DNA of 55,732 bases from IMG/VR virus record IMGVR_UViG_3300028277_000001, positions 62,001 to 117,732 of that record; one strand, given 5' to 3'. This stretch comes from an uncultured virus (IMG/VR IMGVR_UViG_3300028277_000001) (lineage: Duplodnaviria > Heunggongvirae > Uroviricota > Caudoviricetes). Both the position numbers and the translations under genes were made by a program. Position 1 is the first letter of the stretch; every line of letters starts with the position of its first letter. The notes under the pieces were generated by a model, which did no database searches, had not been told where the DNA came from, and saw only the letters and a list, made by a program, of their open reading frames with translations. Below are positions 29,699-39,687 of this stretch, one piece after another.

Positions 29699-30782
29699 TT
29701 ATCAACTCCAAAAAATTATCCATAATATCAGTATTTTCTATTTCTATAGAACCATTAAAATCTATATGCCAAATAAATCGAAAAAAATCGCCATATTTGG
29801 CATATATTTCCATTGTTCTATTAAAATTATGCTGTGCTTTTAAGTCCACATCAAAATCAGACAAAATCCCAATATCATCGCACAAATCACTTACCATATT
29901 AAAACATGATTTATATCGTTTTTTTAATGATGGACCATCATATATATTAAAATAATTAATAAATCCTTGCTGTTCTAAAAACTTGTAAATACCAGAATTA
30001 CTCAAAACAATAAAGGGCTTTTTCCAAATCAAATTTTTAACTATTTTTTCCGTAAAAGATAATCCAAACGTAAGAGTTGATTCTTGATAATAATCTACAT
30101 AACTCTGAAAATATTCAACGGGGGGGAATATGCATTCTGGAAAAAACGTATTGTGATATTTTTTCCCTATAACCCGTCTAGCATTCTTTGTTATATCTTC
30201 AGACAAACGTATGCGGTCTATTTTAAAACCCCTAACCACAACATCATCTTCGGGCTTTAATGAGACCTCATCATTTATAATCACACGATTTTTATTCAAA
30301 TATATCGTTTTAATATCTATATTATTTCTCATATGGTCATTCGTATAACTCATATGATCTTCATTATACGGATATAAAGAATATACAATATTTTTCAACT
30401 GCATTACGTCCCCGACAGATAAAACTCTAAGAGCCGCAGGCCGTCTATTTAAATGACATACATGATATTTTTTTTCGAAATTATCATCTAAAGAAAAATC
30501 TCTCGACAAATGTTGTACATGCTGACAAATGACTTTCCAAGGAAATCCATAATAATTTTTATTGTGATCTATAGAAGTAACATCAGAATCTATTATATAA
30601 ATATTGTCTTGTAAAGGCAATAATTGCTTAGGCGAAGAACTTGGACCAGAATCCGACTCAATTACAAATAGTCTATCCGAATCTTTTAATTTTTTTAAAT
30701 AACTATCATATGAACTATGTAATCTCTGTATACCAGGAGATATTTCATTATCTTTATCTAACGTAGTAACAATATAATCCAT
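29673..30782 (-). CDS. Hypothetical protein, glycosyltransferase-like (TEK-motif family)
   Basis: LNRRP..R; ES..FTEKIVK..KKPFI, shared with 38447 and 39688. Confidence 0.5.
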   Translation of the reverse strand: MDYIVTTLDKDNEISPGIQRLHSSYDSYLKKLKDSDRLFVIESDSGPSSSPKQLLPLQDNIYIIDSDVTSIDHNKNYYGFPWKVICQHVQHLSRDFSLDDNFEKKYHVCHLNRRPAALRVLSVGDVMQLKNIVYSLYPYNEDHMSYTNDHMRNNIDIKTIYLNKNRVIINDEVSLKPEDDVVVRGFKIDRIRLSEDITKNARRVIGKKYHNTFFPECIFPPVEYFQSYVDYYQESTLTFGLSFTEKIVKNLIWKKPFIVLSNSGIYKFLEQQGFINYFNIYDGPSLKKRYKSCFNMVSDLCDDIGILSDFDVDLKAQHNFNRTMEIYAKYGDFFRFIWHIDFNGSIEIENTDIMDNFLELINDIDKFSY

Positions 30783-30793
30783 TATTATAAATT

Positions 30794-31477
30794 CTAAGAA
30801 TGGGTTATAACCTCAATATTTTTCATTTTTTTCAAGGTTGGAAATTTAAAATTTTCATAATGATGTTGTCTCCTATCTTTAGATAAATCTGCACAGCCCA
30901 CTCCCATTAATAATACAGGAACTTCTCCCAAAATATCAGCTATAGCACTAGAGTCCATACACTTACAACATCCTGTAGCATATCCTAATTGAGTAGCTAC
31001 GATATTTACATATCCTGCGGCTATACCAATTGCAATAGAACGGTCTTCTGCCCATTCATCATCATATTGAACATTAGGTACATATGTATCCTGCCGTTTC
31101 AATAACGGATTTTCATTTTCAGTAAACACTAACAATAATTGACCAAGCACTTGTGGATTAGTATAATATTTACCCTCTTCTGTTGTTTTTTCGTCAAATG
31201 AATTTTCTTTTCTTAATTCAGAATCATAATCTGAATAAATTGGACCAAATCCAACAGTTTTTTTATGAATTTCTTCTATCATGTCCCGGTCTTCTATGAC
31301 ATGTAACCGATAATAATTCAAATTTTGTTTAGAAGGACAATTTGTCGCTGACTCTATTAATAGCTGTTTGTCTTCTTCGGGTATAGATTTACTTAAATCC
31401 CAATTTCGCTGACATTTTTGCGATTCGTGTATTGTTTCTCGTATCATTTTGCGATACGAACCATGAGTTATTGCCAT
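30794..31477 (-). CDS. Nitroreductase-family flavoprotein
   Basis: SQKCQRNW, CPSKQN, NPQVL, LGYATGCCKC; GGAG RBS upstream. Confidence 0.85.
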   Translation of the reverse strand: MAITHGSYRKMIRETIHESQKCQRNWDLSKSIPEEDKQLLIESATNCPSKQNLNYYRLHVIEDRDMIEEIHKKTVGFGPIYSDYDSELRKENSFDEKTTEEGKYYTNPQVLGQLLLVFTENENPLLKRQDTYVPNVQYDDEWAEDRSIAIGIAAGYVNIVATQLGYATGCCKCMDSSAIADILGEVPVLLMGVGCADLSKDRRQHHYENFKFPTLKKMKNIEVITHS

Positions 31478-31498
31478 TATTATGCTCCAAAATTTAAA

Positions 31499-31506
31499 TA
31501 TTTATG
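31499..31506 (-). promoter_or_regulatory. Possible T4-type late promoter variant (CATAAATA) upstream of nitroreductase 2
   Basis: Minus strand taaCATAAATAtttaaattttGGAGcataataATG in one of the few intergenic gaps; AT-rich background weakens it. Confidence 0.3.
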
Positions 31507-32268
31507 TTATATTAATCTATAATAATTATTAATATTATAGTAATCTTTTTGTCTCCAAACCTTACCTGCACTTTTTAATAATCCATCTGTCAAAATTTCT
31601 TCGTTATAATTAGAATATGAGCATCCTCTAAAATCAAAAGAAATACGTGTATTGATAGAAGAATTATGAGGTATAGATCCATGTAAAATTTTACATCCAT
31701 AAAATTTTACAAATTGACCGTATTTTATATTTACAGGATATAAAATATTATCAGAATGTAATATATACAGGGTATTATGATCATCTACATCCATTAACGG
31801 CATCCAAAAATTCTCTTCAAATTCAGGATGAAGTGCTATTTCATTATCAGTATGAAGACTATAATCAATACCGTTTTTATTTATCAAATCATTATCACAA
31901 TATTTCACTGTACTTTTAGAGGGTACTATTTTAATTGAAGGCAACCGTTGCATTACAATAACGTTTTTGTTTAACATAGTAAACTCGCCAGGAGAAACAT
32001 TTAACGCAAGTTTTAATATATTTTCACAAAAAGATTTCCATAATAAATTAAAATCAGCATCATTACGAAAATAAGAATATATTGTATGTATTAAATCACC
32101 ATACGTGCTTTTTGGTTGTACATCACTAACCCAATTCCATGCATCTTCTGAAACATATTTCAAATGCAAGTTTTCAAGAGAACACTTCAGCAAATTTTCT
32201 AATAATTGCTTCCAATTATAAACACTTGTGTCATATTCATAGATTACACCAAACTTTTCTTCCATCAT
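31507..32268 (-). CDS. Fe(II)/2OG dioxygenase-like protein (StrG/PhyH-like)
   Basis: LHTD..HP..ENFWMPL..LHG..NTRISFDFR. Confidence 0.6.
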   Translation of the reverse strand: MMEEKFGVIYEYDTSVYNWKQLLENLLKCSLENLHLKYVSEDAWNWVSDVQPKSTYGDLIHTIYSYFRNDADFNLLWKSFCENILKLALNVSPGEFTMLNKNVIVMQRLPSIKIVPSKSTVKYCDNDLINKNGIDYSLHTDNEIALHPEFEENFWMPLMDVDDHNTLYILHSDNILYPVNIKYGQFVKFYGCKILHGSIPHNSSINTRISFDFRGCSYSNYNEEILTDGLLKSAGKVWRQKDYYNINNYYRLI

Positions 32269-33632
32269 TAAAAAATCTCCATCCCCTCAAACGGCATATT
32301 ATTATTTTTTTTATCCATCATAGGTTCTCCTTTAATATTCAATGACGTATTGAGTAACATTGGACAACCAGACTCTTGTTTCCATTCTTGCAATAATTGT
32401 TTATGCTCATCAGTTTCAACAATTTGGACTCTAGAAGTACCATCTAAATGAACTATACCAGGATACATTTTTCTAGTATGATTCAATGCAGTGAATGTTG
32501 TGTTCATATAAGGCGAATAAATATTATTTTTAAAATATGATGTCAAGTCTTCTTTTAAGATCATGGGGGCAAAGGGTCTAAAATTATCCCGGCCTTTTAT
32601 TTTATTCACTCTATCTTTTATATTTATAATAGAAGGATCGGCTAAAATTGATCTATTACCCAAAGCTCTGGGTCCAAATTCAGCCTTACCAGAAATCACT
32701 CCCGCAATACCATTGGTCTTGAGTTCTTTGATCAAATTTTCTACAGGATATTTTCCAACAACGTCATATCCCAAATACGGAGAAGGGTCTATTTTTGTTT
32801 TAGTTCTTGCAAGAACACATCCTATGGCTGAACCACCGTCTCCTGGATTGCATGGTATATGAACATTACTAAATTTTTTATACAACAATCGATTGGCAGA
32901 AACATTTAAAGCACATCCTCCAACAACTATTAAATTATCATCTTCAATTTCCGAAATAATATCATCAAACACTTCTTCATATACTTGCTGTGTAGCGGAA
33001 GCTATTTCAAATTTATCCATAGTCAAATCTATTCCACGATGAAAATTAGTACCGTTGTCCCACAAATTTCGTATAATAGAATAATTTTCAAAAGTCGAAT
33101 TACGATTTACTCCAGCCGCACCCATCAAAATATATTCTTCTTCGTTTGGTTTCCATCCAGCCGATTGTGTCATTGCTGAATAAAATAATCCTATTGATTT
33201 AGGATAGTTCCACTGTTTTATTATTTTAAATTCACCATAAATAACTTTCCACTGGGTCATTGTGGCCCATTCACCTATAGCATCTATTACTAATACTGTA
33301 CAATTTTCAAATGACGATGTATAATACCCATAACACGCATGAGAATAATGATGTTCTGTGGGTATAGTATCATATTTAAATTCAAAAGGGGTTATCAGTT
33401 TTTGCCCCGCTAACTCTCTCCTTCTATTTTTTATTCGTATATCTTCATAAAAATATACTTTATTTGGAACACCCCAGTGTTCTTCCGCGAATTTGATAAG
33501 ATTATCTGGTATTATAGAATCATTTTTCTTACGTGACCAACGTTCTGCATCAGATGCAAATACGAGTTTAGTATCTTCAAACACGGCCAAAGCCCCATCA
33601 TGTGAACCAAAAGTGGTTCCCCAGCTAATCAT
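32268..33632 (-). CDS. O-carbamoyltransferase (NodU/CmcH/TobZ family)
   Basis: SHDGA, ERWSRKK, HHYSHA, DAIGE, EFGPRALGNRSIL, FRPFAP, LLNTSLN. Confidence 0.92.
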   Translation of the reverse strand: MISWGTTFGSHDGALAVFEDTKLVFASDAERWSRKKNDSIIPDNLIKFAEEHWGVPNKVYFYEDIRIKNRRRELAGQKLITPFEFKYDTIPTEHHYSHACYGYYTSSFENCTVLVIDAIGEWATMTQWKVIYGEFKIIKQWNYPKSIGLFYSAMTQSAGWKPNEEEYILMGAAGVNRNSTFENYSIIRNLWDNGTNFHRGIDLTMDKFEIASATQQVYEEVFDDIISEIEDDNLIVVGGCALNVSANRLLYKKFSNVHIPCNPGDGGSAIGCVLARTKTKIDPSPYLGYDVVGKYPVENLIKELKTNGIAGVISGKAEFGPRALGNRSILADPSIINIKDRVNKIKGRDNFRPFAPMILKEDLTSYFKNNIYSPYMNTTFTALNHTRKMYPGIVHLDGTSRVQIVETDEHKQLLQEWKQESGCPMLLNTSLNIKGEPMMDKKNNNMPFEGMEIF

Positions 33633-34113
33633 TATATAACCCCGATAACTGTAAAGTTAATTTATCATATTTACTAAAATTTATTGCAAAATGTTCTATT
33701 GTGCTGTCCCAACAAGTTGCTTCTCCTATACTCCATCTGGAAATAGTTTTGTTAGAGCATTCTACTAATTGACCAAAATACCATTTGCTCAAAAAAACAT
33801 TAATTCTCACTTTAATTTTATTTGTTGGAATATCATTTAATGGCCAAAATTTATCATAATGTGATGCATTCACTGAACCCGGTTTTTGTAAAATCAAAGT
33901 AGCATATTTAATGTCAACATTTAACTGATGATTTAATTGATTCAAATTAGATATATCATCTAAATCAATAAATTGCTGTAATATATTACAGTTCAAATCT
34001 GCATATCCTAATGCATTTGTTGACGTGCATGAGGTATCAACTAACCGAAAGTTGTCTTGAAATTTCTCCTGAAAGACATAATCGATTGACACCTGATCTA
34101 TTATATGCATCAT
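33625..34113 (-). CDS. Small cupin/2OG-oxygenase-like protein
   Basis: QKPG....HYD; WD...EH..N....KLTLQLSG. Confidence 0.5.
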   Translation of the reverse strand: MMHIIDQVSIDYVFQEKFQDNFRLVDTSCTSTNALGYADLNCNILQQFIDLDDISNLNQLNHQLNVDIKYATLILQKPGSVNASHYDKFWPLNDIPTNKIKVRINVFLSKWYFGQLVECSNKTISRWSIGEATCWDSTIEHFAINFSKYDKLTLQLSGLYND

Positions 34114-34912
34114 ATTGTTTATTTCCTATTCCCATAAGTATATTATCAGTATATTCAAGCTGTAACTGATCACATATTTTTTTATAAATTGCGCCATAGT
34201 TTAGCCAATTGAAATCAAAAGGATATTTTAATATTAATTCATTCGCAACACCTATACTCAACAAATTTAGCATTTGTATTCCTTTTGAATTTAAAATATC
34301 AATACCATCATCCGAATTTTCTCTCTGTAACCGGATCCCCACTCTCAAATGTTCTGCCCCATAAAAGGATTTTGAAATACTAAATGCTAAAGTATCTATG
34401 CACGAATAATTATCAAAATCTATATTTATATTTTTAGACACGGTAGCATGACAAAAATCCAATAAAACAGGAATATTATATTTTTCGCATACATCTAACC
34501 AATAAAAAAATTCTGTGTGGATTTTACCATATCCCGTAAAAGGTACACTCATAATAAATGCATTATTTTTGGTCGTCTTTAAAGTCTCATCAACACGGCC
34601 AAAATTATAATTATTTTTCAAAGCGGCTCGATGATACATGAATTCACCATCGAACAATCTAAACGTTTTATTTTTATGCTTTATATAAAAATGATCAAAA
34701 ATATGAACACTTCCATTAGTAATTTGGACATTATTAAACGAGGTTATATTTAAAAAATTGTTTAACTTAGAAGAAGAAATCCATTCCACAAAATTTTGTT
34801 TAAACGTGTTTATCAAATCCAAATCATATAAAAAGTTCATAGAATCTATCGACATTATGAACTTTTTAACTTCCGGATCTTTAATAGCTGTTAAATTTTT
34901 AAAATCATGCAT
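34037..34912 (-). CDS. PLP-dependent transferase-fold protein
   Basis: VLLDFCH, FSISK, LRVGIR. Confidence 0.65.
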   Translation of the reverse strand: MHDFKNLTAIKDPEVKKFIMSIDSMNFLYDLDLINTFKQNFVEWISSSKLNNFLNITSFNNVQITNGSVHIFDHFYIKHKNKTFRLFDGEFMYHRAALKNNYNFGRVDETLKTTKNNAFIMSVPFTGYGKIHTEFFYWLDVCEKYNIPVLLDFCHATVSKNINIDFDNYSCIDTLAFSISKSFYGAEHLRVGIRLQRENSDDGIDILNSKGIQMLNLLSIGVANELILKYPFDFNWLNYGAIYKKICDQLQLEYTDNILMGIGNKQYDAYNRSGVNRLCLSGEISRQLSVS

Positions 34913-34927
34913 ATTCTAACAATCCAT

Positions 34928-35650
34928 TCATTCTTCCCATAATTTAAAATGAGTATATTCATTGCTCGCATAAACACTTTTATGCGGCATATCATCTTTG
35001 TTATAAGTACTGTTACTCAAATAATAAAAAAAACGTATTGCACACCGACTAATTTTATTTGGACTATTTACGGTTCTAACAGAATGCCAATCTTTTATTT
35101 TACCCGTAACATTTTCTTTAACAATAAGTCTATTAAACAATGGAGCTACATCATATAATAATTTTGAATTAGTATTATTGTCTATATTATCAGACCAACA
35201 TTCATGGTGCCCACCCCATTCCTCAGACCAATCAGGAGTTAAAAATAATATTGAGGACAAAGTCCGATGTAATCTTAATCGATCATTCCAATTAAAATCA
35301 TAATGACATTTTAAACTATCTCCAGGCCGTATTATAGAAAACCCCGCACCAACTATATGAGGATCAGGCAACAATCCAACTATTCCCGTCATCTGTTCCA
35401 AGTCATATATCATTTCACCCGAATGCATCAAATCATATGTGATATTATGAGCAATAGGTGTATATATCAAATCACGATATTCTTCCATCCTAGATCCGGA
35501 TCTAGTAAACACAGTCCAACCACCCCTTGGAGCTGAAACACATTCTTCATATAGTTTTATACACGTAGCTTCGTCTAAAAAATTATCAAACACTGCATGG
35601 GGTATACCAGATTTTTTATTACATTCCCACTCATTTTTTTTATTCAACAT
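34928..35650 (-). CDS. 2OG-Fe(II) oxygenase
   Basis: FDNFLD, DPH..GAG, HYDFN, EWGG, WH..R. Confidence 0.85.
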   Translation of the reverse strand: MLNKKNEWECNKKSGIPHAVFDNFLDEATCIKLYEECVSAPRGGWTVFTRSGSRMEEYRDLIYTPIAHNITYDLMHSGEMIYDLEQMTGIVGLLPDPHIVGAGFSIIRPGDSLKCHYDFNWNDRLRLHRTLSSILFLTPDWSEEWGGHHECWSDNIDNNTNSKLLYDVAPLFNRLIVKENVTGKIKDWHSVRTVNSPNKISRCAIRFFYYLSNSTYNKDDMPHKSVYASNEYTHFKLWEE

Positions 35651-35674
35651 ATTTTAAACCACCAAAAAATAAAT

Positions 35675-37483
35675 TTAACAAAAAAATTTTTCCGATCTCC
35701 TACCCCACCATATACACTCTCTAGCCCACTTTTCTAAATCTCCATCATATTCAATATAAGGATCTTTCATTTTATGATACTGTTCGTTTATTAATGAAGA
35801 ATCAAGATTATATTGTTTTTTTATAAAAACACATATTTCATCATAAAATCTACGTTTTTCTTTAACTAAATGAATAATAGTAGCTTCCTCATACTCCCAA
35901 TATATATTTGAAACGTCTAATACTTTTCTACCCCAAGGTATTTTTTGTTCAAATACTTTTTTTAACAGCCTCTTTGTTATATAATATTCTTTATAAAGAA
36001 ATGTTGTATCATTATTGATAAACCACATAAAAAGATCATCATAAAATTGCCTCAATGTTATTTTATATTCCTTTTTTAATTTCAGTGCAAGTATTCTTAA
36101 CCACCCCAAAAAATGAAAAGAAATCATATACCATTTCCAAAGAGTTGCTTCAATATAGTCGTCAAACGACATAACAGTTGAACCAACAACAACATTATTC
36201 ACATCTTTCATAAGCTCTTCTGAAGGATGATCATGATGAAAAAAAGCTGGAGTTGTTTGCCTAATTTTAATGCCGTATTTATTTAAATATTCTTTATCAC
36301 CAAAGGGAGTATTAGGTAAGGCCACCATCACATATATACCAATATAATTATGATAATCAACATCATCGATCAATTTATACAGCCCCTCCTTAAAACTAGT
36401 TAATGTTTCTTCGGGTAACCCTAAAATTGTTTCTATGTAAGCAGGCATTCCTATTGTTTTGAGTTTTGATATGACTTGAACTAAATTAGTATTTTCATTT
36501 GTTCTTCCTATAGCCTTTAACGTTTTGTGATTTGTAGACTGTAACGCAATCGTCACACTCTTATTTAGACCAGCTTTCCACAAATCTTCAGCCATGTCAA
36601 AAAGATAGGGCTTTTTATGTTTTGCCCAAGTAATATTTAATGCGGTTGGAAATCCAATCGTTTTAAAGTTTTTTATCAATAAATCAGAAATAATCTTATG
36701 TTCTCTATACATGCCAAAATTATTAGCAATCAAATGCAAATATTCAATATTGTGTTCAGAAATCCAATTGATTTCTTTCAGCATCTTATCATAATCTTGT
36801 TTGATAATTTTTGTCCAATGTCTATCGCCAACCTCACAAAAAGAACACGTATAAGGACAACCTCTCTCTATTTCTATAAGACTTTCCCATTCATAATTAT
36901 GATCTTTAACAGAAATAAGATCGTCAAAAAGACCATTAAGGTATGGGCTAGGTAGTTTAGATATGTTTTTTATTCGTTCTTCTAAAGGAGTTTGAAATTG
37001 ATGTGTCGTAATACCTTTAACTGATCTTATATTAAATCCATGAATAATTGTTTTCAATATATTTTTAAAAACAATTTCGCCCTCATTATGCACAATAACA
37101 TCAATAAACGGTCTTTCATCTAAAAATTCTCTGCACCTTCCGTGTTTAGGAGTACCTAGACCACCATACACTATCAAACAGTTGGGATTTATTTTTTTAA
37201 TTTCAGCACATACTCTATCGCTTACATAAGTGTTCCAAACAAAATAGGAAACACCCACAACATCACATTGGGCCAATTTTTGAGCAGTTGATAAAACATC
37301 GAAAGACCCGTCAAGCACATAATGCCAATCAGCAACATTAAAAGAAAAATTATTTAATATTTCATCGTCTGATCTACAATAACTCCACACACATCCTGTA
37401 GAATACGGTAATTTAATTTGATTGGTAAAAATGTGGGACAGCTCTAAAAAGCCTATCCTCTTCTTAAATCCAGCGTTACACAA
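35675..37483 (-). CDS. Cobalamin-binding (class B) radical SAM protein
   Basis: N-terminal B12-binding-like region (SYFVWN, IVYGG, HNEGE); RGCPYTCSFC; ILGLPEET; TTG start preceded by GGAGG. Confidence 0.88.
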   Translation of the reverse strand: MCNAGFKKRIGFLELSHIFTNQIKLPYSTGCVWSYCRSDDEILNNFSFNVADWHYVLDGSFDVLSTAQKLAQCDVVGVSYFVWNTYVSDRVCAEIKKINPNCLIVYGGLGTPKHGRCREFLDERPFIDVIVHNEGEIVFKNILKTIIHGFNIRSVKGITTHQFQTPLEERIKNISKLPSPYLNGLFDDLISVKDHNYEWESLIEIERGCPYTCSFCEVGDRHWTKIIKQDYDKMLKEINWISEHNIEYLHLIANNFGMYREHKIISDLLIKNFKTIGFPTALNITWAKHKKPYLFDMAEDLWKAGLNKSVTIALQSTNHKTLKAIGRTNENTNLVQVISKLKTIGMPAYIETILGLPEETLTSFKEGLYKLIDDVDYHNYIGIYVMVALPNTPFGDKEYLNKYGIKIRQTTPAFFHHDHPSEELMKDVNNVVVGSTVMSFDDYIEATLWKWYMISFHFLGWLRILALKLKKEYKITLRQFYDDLFMWFINNDTTFLYKEYYITKRLLKKVFEQKIPWGRKVLDVSNIYWEYEEATIIHLVKEKRRFYDEICVFIKKQYNLDSSLINEQYHKMKDPYIEYDGDLEKWARECIWWGRRSEKFFC

Positions 37484-38466
37484 TGAAATCCCCCTCCCAA
37501 AGTTCTAGAATGCCTCAAATACAATGGAATACTATCAATTCCATATTGACTCAATAGTTTTATCAAAGCTATTTGATTTCCATCAACAATAACTAAATCA
37601 TTATTAACACTTAACAAATTAAGACCTATAGAATCACTTGATATTCCATAATCTATAATATCAGTTGAAACAATATCACTAAAAAATATTTTTTCCCAAT
37701 CTTTGAAAAATTTAGGATAATTGTCTTGATCACATCTTAATCCATTTAATAATACAAGCCCCTCTCTTAATGGAATTACCGTACTATCAAAATGTGCGCC
37801 TGAATATGCATCACGTTCAATATGAATTTTATAATCAGGAAACATTCGTTGCAACCATTCTGCTCCTTTTTCGTTTCCACTATTGCTTATTTGAAAAATC
37901 AAATCATTATCAATCCTTACTACATTTGGTGCATCGAAAAGTATTTCTTTATTCATTAATGTTGATTGTGATAAATCAGAAAAATCAAAACTTACGTCTT
38001 CAACAATTTGTTTTGGAGCGGAAAACCAATTTGTACCATCATCAAATGCTTCATGCAAAATTTTATTATAAGACCAAGTTTCAAACATCCTGCTTCTCAT
38101 TACGCTAGGTACTTCAACAATATTATTACCCAAAACTAAAAAAATGTCTCTAGGACAATAATTATACCAACCAGTAGTTTTCCATTTTGGAGTCTGAATT
38201 AGATGACGATGTTGTATTTTTTCTGGCCTATGAACTATCACACCACAGTCTTCCAACACTTCAGATAAAATATCAAGATCTTCACTTGTCTCTTCAAGAA
38301 CCTCTTGATCATATGGACCAACATATTTTTTTATTTCTTCAATTGTTAAATTTGCATACATGAAATTTTTCATCGAAGAATCTACTGGAGGAATATGTGC
38401 AAAATCTGCACGTCCTACAATTATCTCATGAAGAGGATCATAATCATTAGTCGAGTGTATTAACAT
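37453..38466 (-). CDS. Amidinotransferase (glycine/inosamine-phosphate amidinotransferase family)
   Basis: PLHEIIVG, CPRD, FDA, HFDST, GGGFHCVT (Asp-His-Cys triad). Confidence 0.9.
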   Translation of the reverse strand: MLIHSTNDYDPLHEIIVGRADFAHIPPVDSSMKNFMYANLTIEEIKKYVGPYDQEVLEETSEDLDILSEVLEDCGVIVHRPEKIQHRHLIQTPKWKTTGWYNYCPRDIFLVLGNNIVEVPSVMRSRMFETWSYNKILHEAFDDGTNWFSAPKQIVEDVSFDFSDLSQSTLMNKEILFDAPNVVRIDNDLIFQISNSGNEKGAEWLQRMFPDYKIHIERDAYSGAHFDSTVIPLREGLVLLNGLRCDQDNYPKFFKDWEKIFFSDIVSTDIIDYGISSDSIGLNLLSVNNDLVIVDGNQIALIKLLSQYGIDSIPLYLRHSRTLGGGFHCVTLDLRRG

Positions 38467-39679
38467 AATTCTCTATTTCATCTTGAAAGACTTGATACTT
38501 ATCATCATCGCAACCTCTAAATAATTTATAAGAAATATCACTACATATTTGATAATTATGATTTAATTTATATTTAAGCGTACTTATAATACTCATTAGA
38601 CCATTTAAATCCATTTGTAATATTTTTTCACACTCGATCATATACGCTTTTAATCTTTTTCCATATTGCCCAATACCATCAAACGAATAATCAAACAATT
38701 CATCATAAAGCACAAATCCGTGATCCGTTAAAAATTTATAATAATTCTTAGAAGCAAAGGTTAAAAATGGTTTTTTATAAAAAAAATTTTTGACTGTTTT
38801 TTCTGTAATATGTGTAGCACAATCTGTTTGAGTTTCACAAACAAAATTCACCGCAGATTTCAAATATTCATCAGGAACAATATTATACAAATACCAAGGA
38901 CAAGTCTGATATTCTTTTTCTAAATCCACATCGGAATAATCTGCGGAATATTCTGTGTTTAAAGATCTATTCAACATAACACGGGCGGGATTTTTTAATT
39001 TTTTTAAATCTGGACTAAAATATATTTTTTTGGATGAGTTGAAATTATTAAAACCAAATAAGTAATTTAGTGAAGTTTCATCACCCGATATTTTATCAGT
39101 ATTGTGCGTATGTGAACAATAATCATAATAAGAAATATTAAAACAATCATCAAGCAAATCATATTTAATAACTTTTCGGCGAGCCACTTGATCGATCATA
39201 TCAATATAACCTAAATTCGAATATATAAAAGTATCATATTTACTCAATTCTGACATTATATAATCTCTACAAAATCTTCTTCCCCCAGATAAAAATATAG
39301 CATTGTGTTCTATACGAGGCTGAACATTATCTTTCAAAATATAAGTACCAATTTCTCCAGGAAAAAAATATTCATAAACAAAAAACCAAGGAAATGAAAC
39401 AATTTTTAAATTTAAACTTGATTTTACTGATTGTTTTACTTTTTCATAATTTTGCTTAAGATGAATATCCGCGCCGACAAATGTAATATTAAACGTGTCG
39501 TCAAATTCATTGAGTAAATGATAAAAAAGCGCCCTAGTATTTCGCTTATGATATCCCCCCACGTTCAAATACGGGAACAAAGAATATGGTTCTGCATAAT
39601 TATAAAGAATTACTGTTTTTTCAGCTCTTATTTCATTTAATATTTTTTTTGAAATATGCTCGCAGTGCAAAAATTTCAT
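38447..39679 (-). CDS. Hypothetical protein, glycosyltransferase-like (TEK-motif family)
   Basis: ET..ITEKTVK..KKPF..YDELFDYSFD. Confidence 0.55.
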   Translation of the reverse strand: MKFLHCEHISKKILNEIRAEKTVILYNYAEPYSLFPYLNVGGYHKRNTRALFYHLLNEFDDTFNITFVGADIHLKQNYEKVKQSVKSSLNLKIVSFPWFFVYEYFFPGEIGTYILKDNVQPRIEHNAIFLSGGRRFCRDYIMSELSKYDTFIYSNLGYIDMIDQVARRKVIKYDLLDDCFNISYYDYCSHTHNTDKISGDETSLNYLFGFNNFNSSKKIYFSPDLKKLKNPARVMLNRSLNTEYSADYSDVDLEKEYQTCPWYLYNIVPDEYLKSAVNFVCETQTDCATHITEKTVKNFFYKKPFLTFASKNYYKFLTDHGFVLYDELFDYSFDGIGQYGKRLKAYMIECEKILQMDLNGLMSIISTLKYKLNHNYQICSDISYKLFRGCDDDKYQVFQDEIENYVNTLD

Positions 39680-39687
39680 CTAATCCC

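Noticed and set aside
37453..37483. -1 frameshift (G GAT TTA) fusing the amidinotransferase to the B12 radical SAM gene, which lacks an ATG start
   Set aside because: The TTG at 37483 has a GGAGG Shine-Dalgarno upstream, which explains initiation more simply
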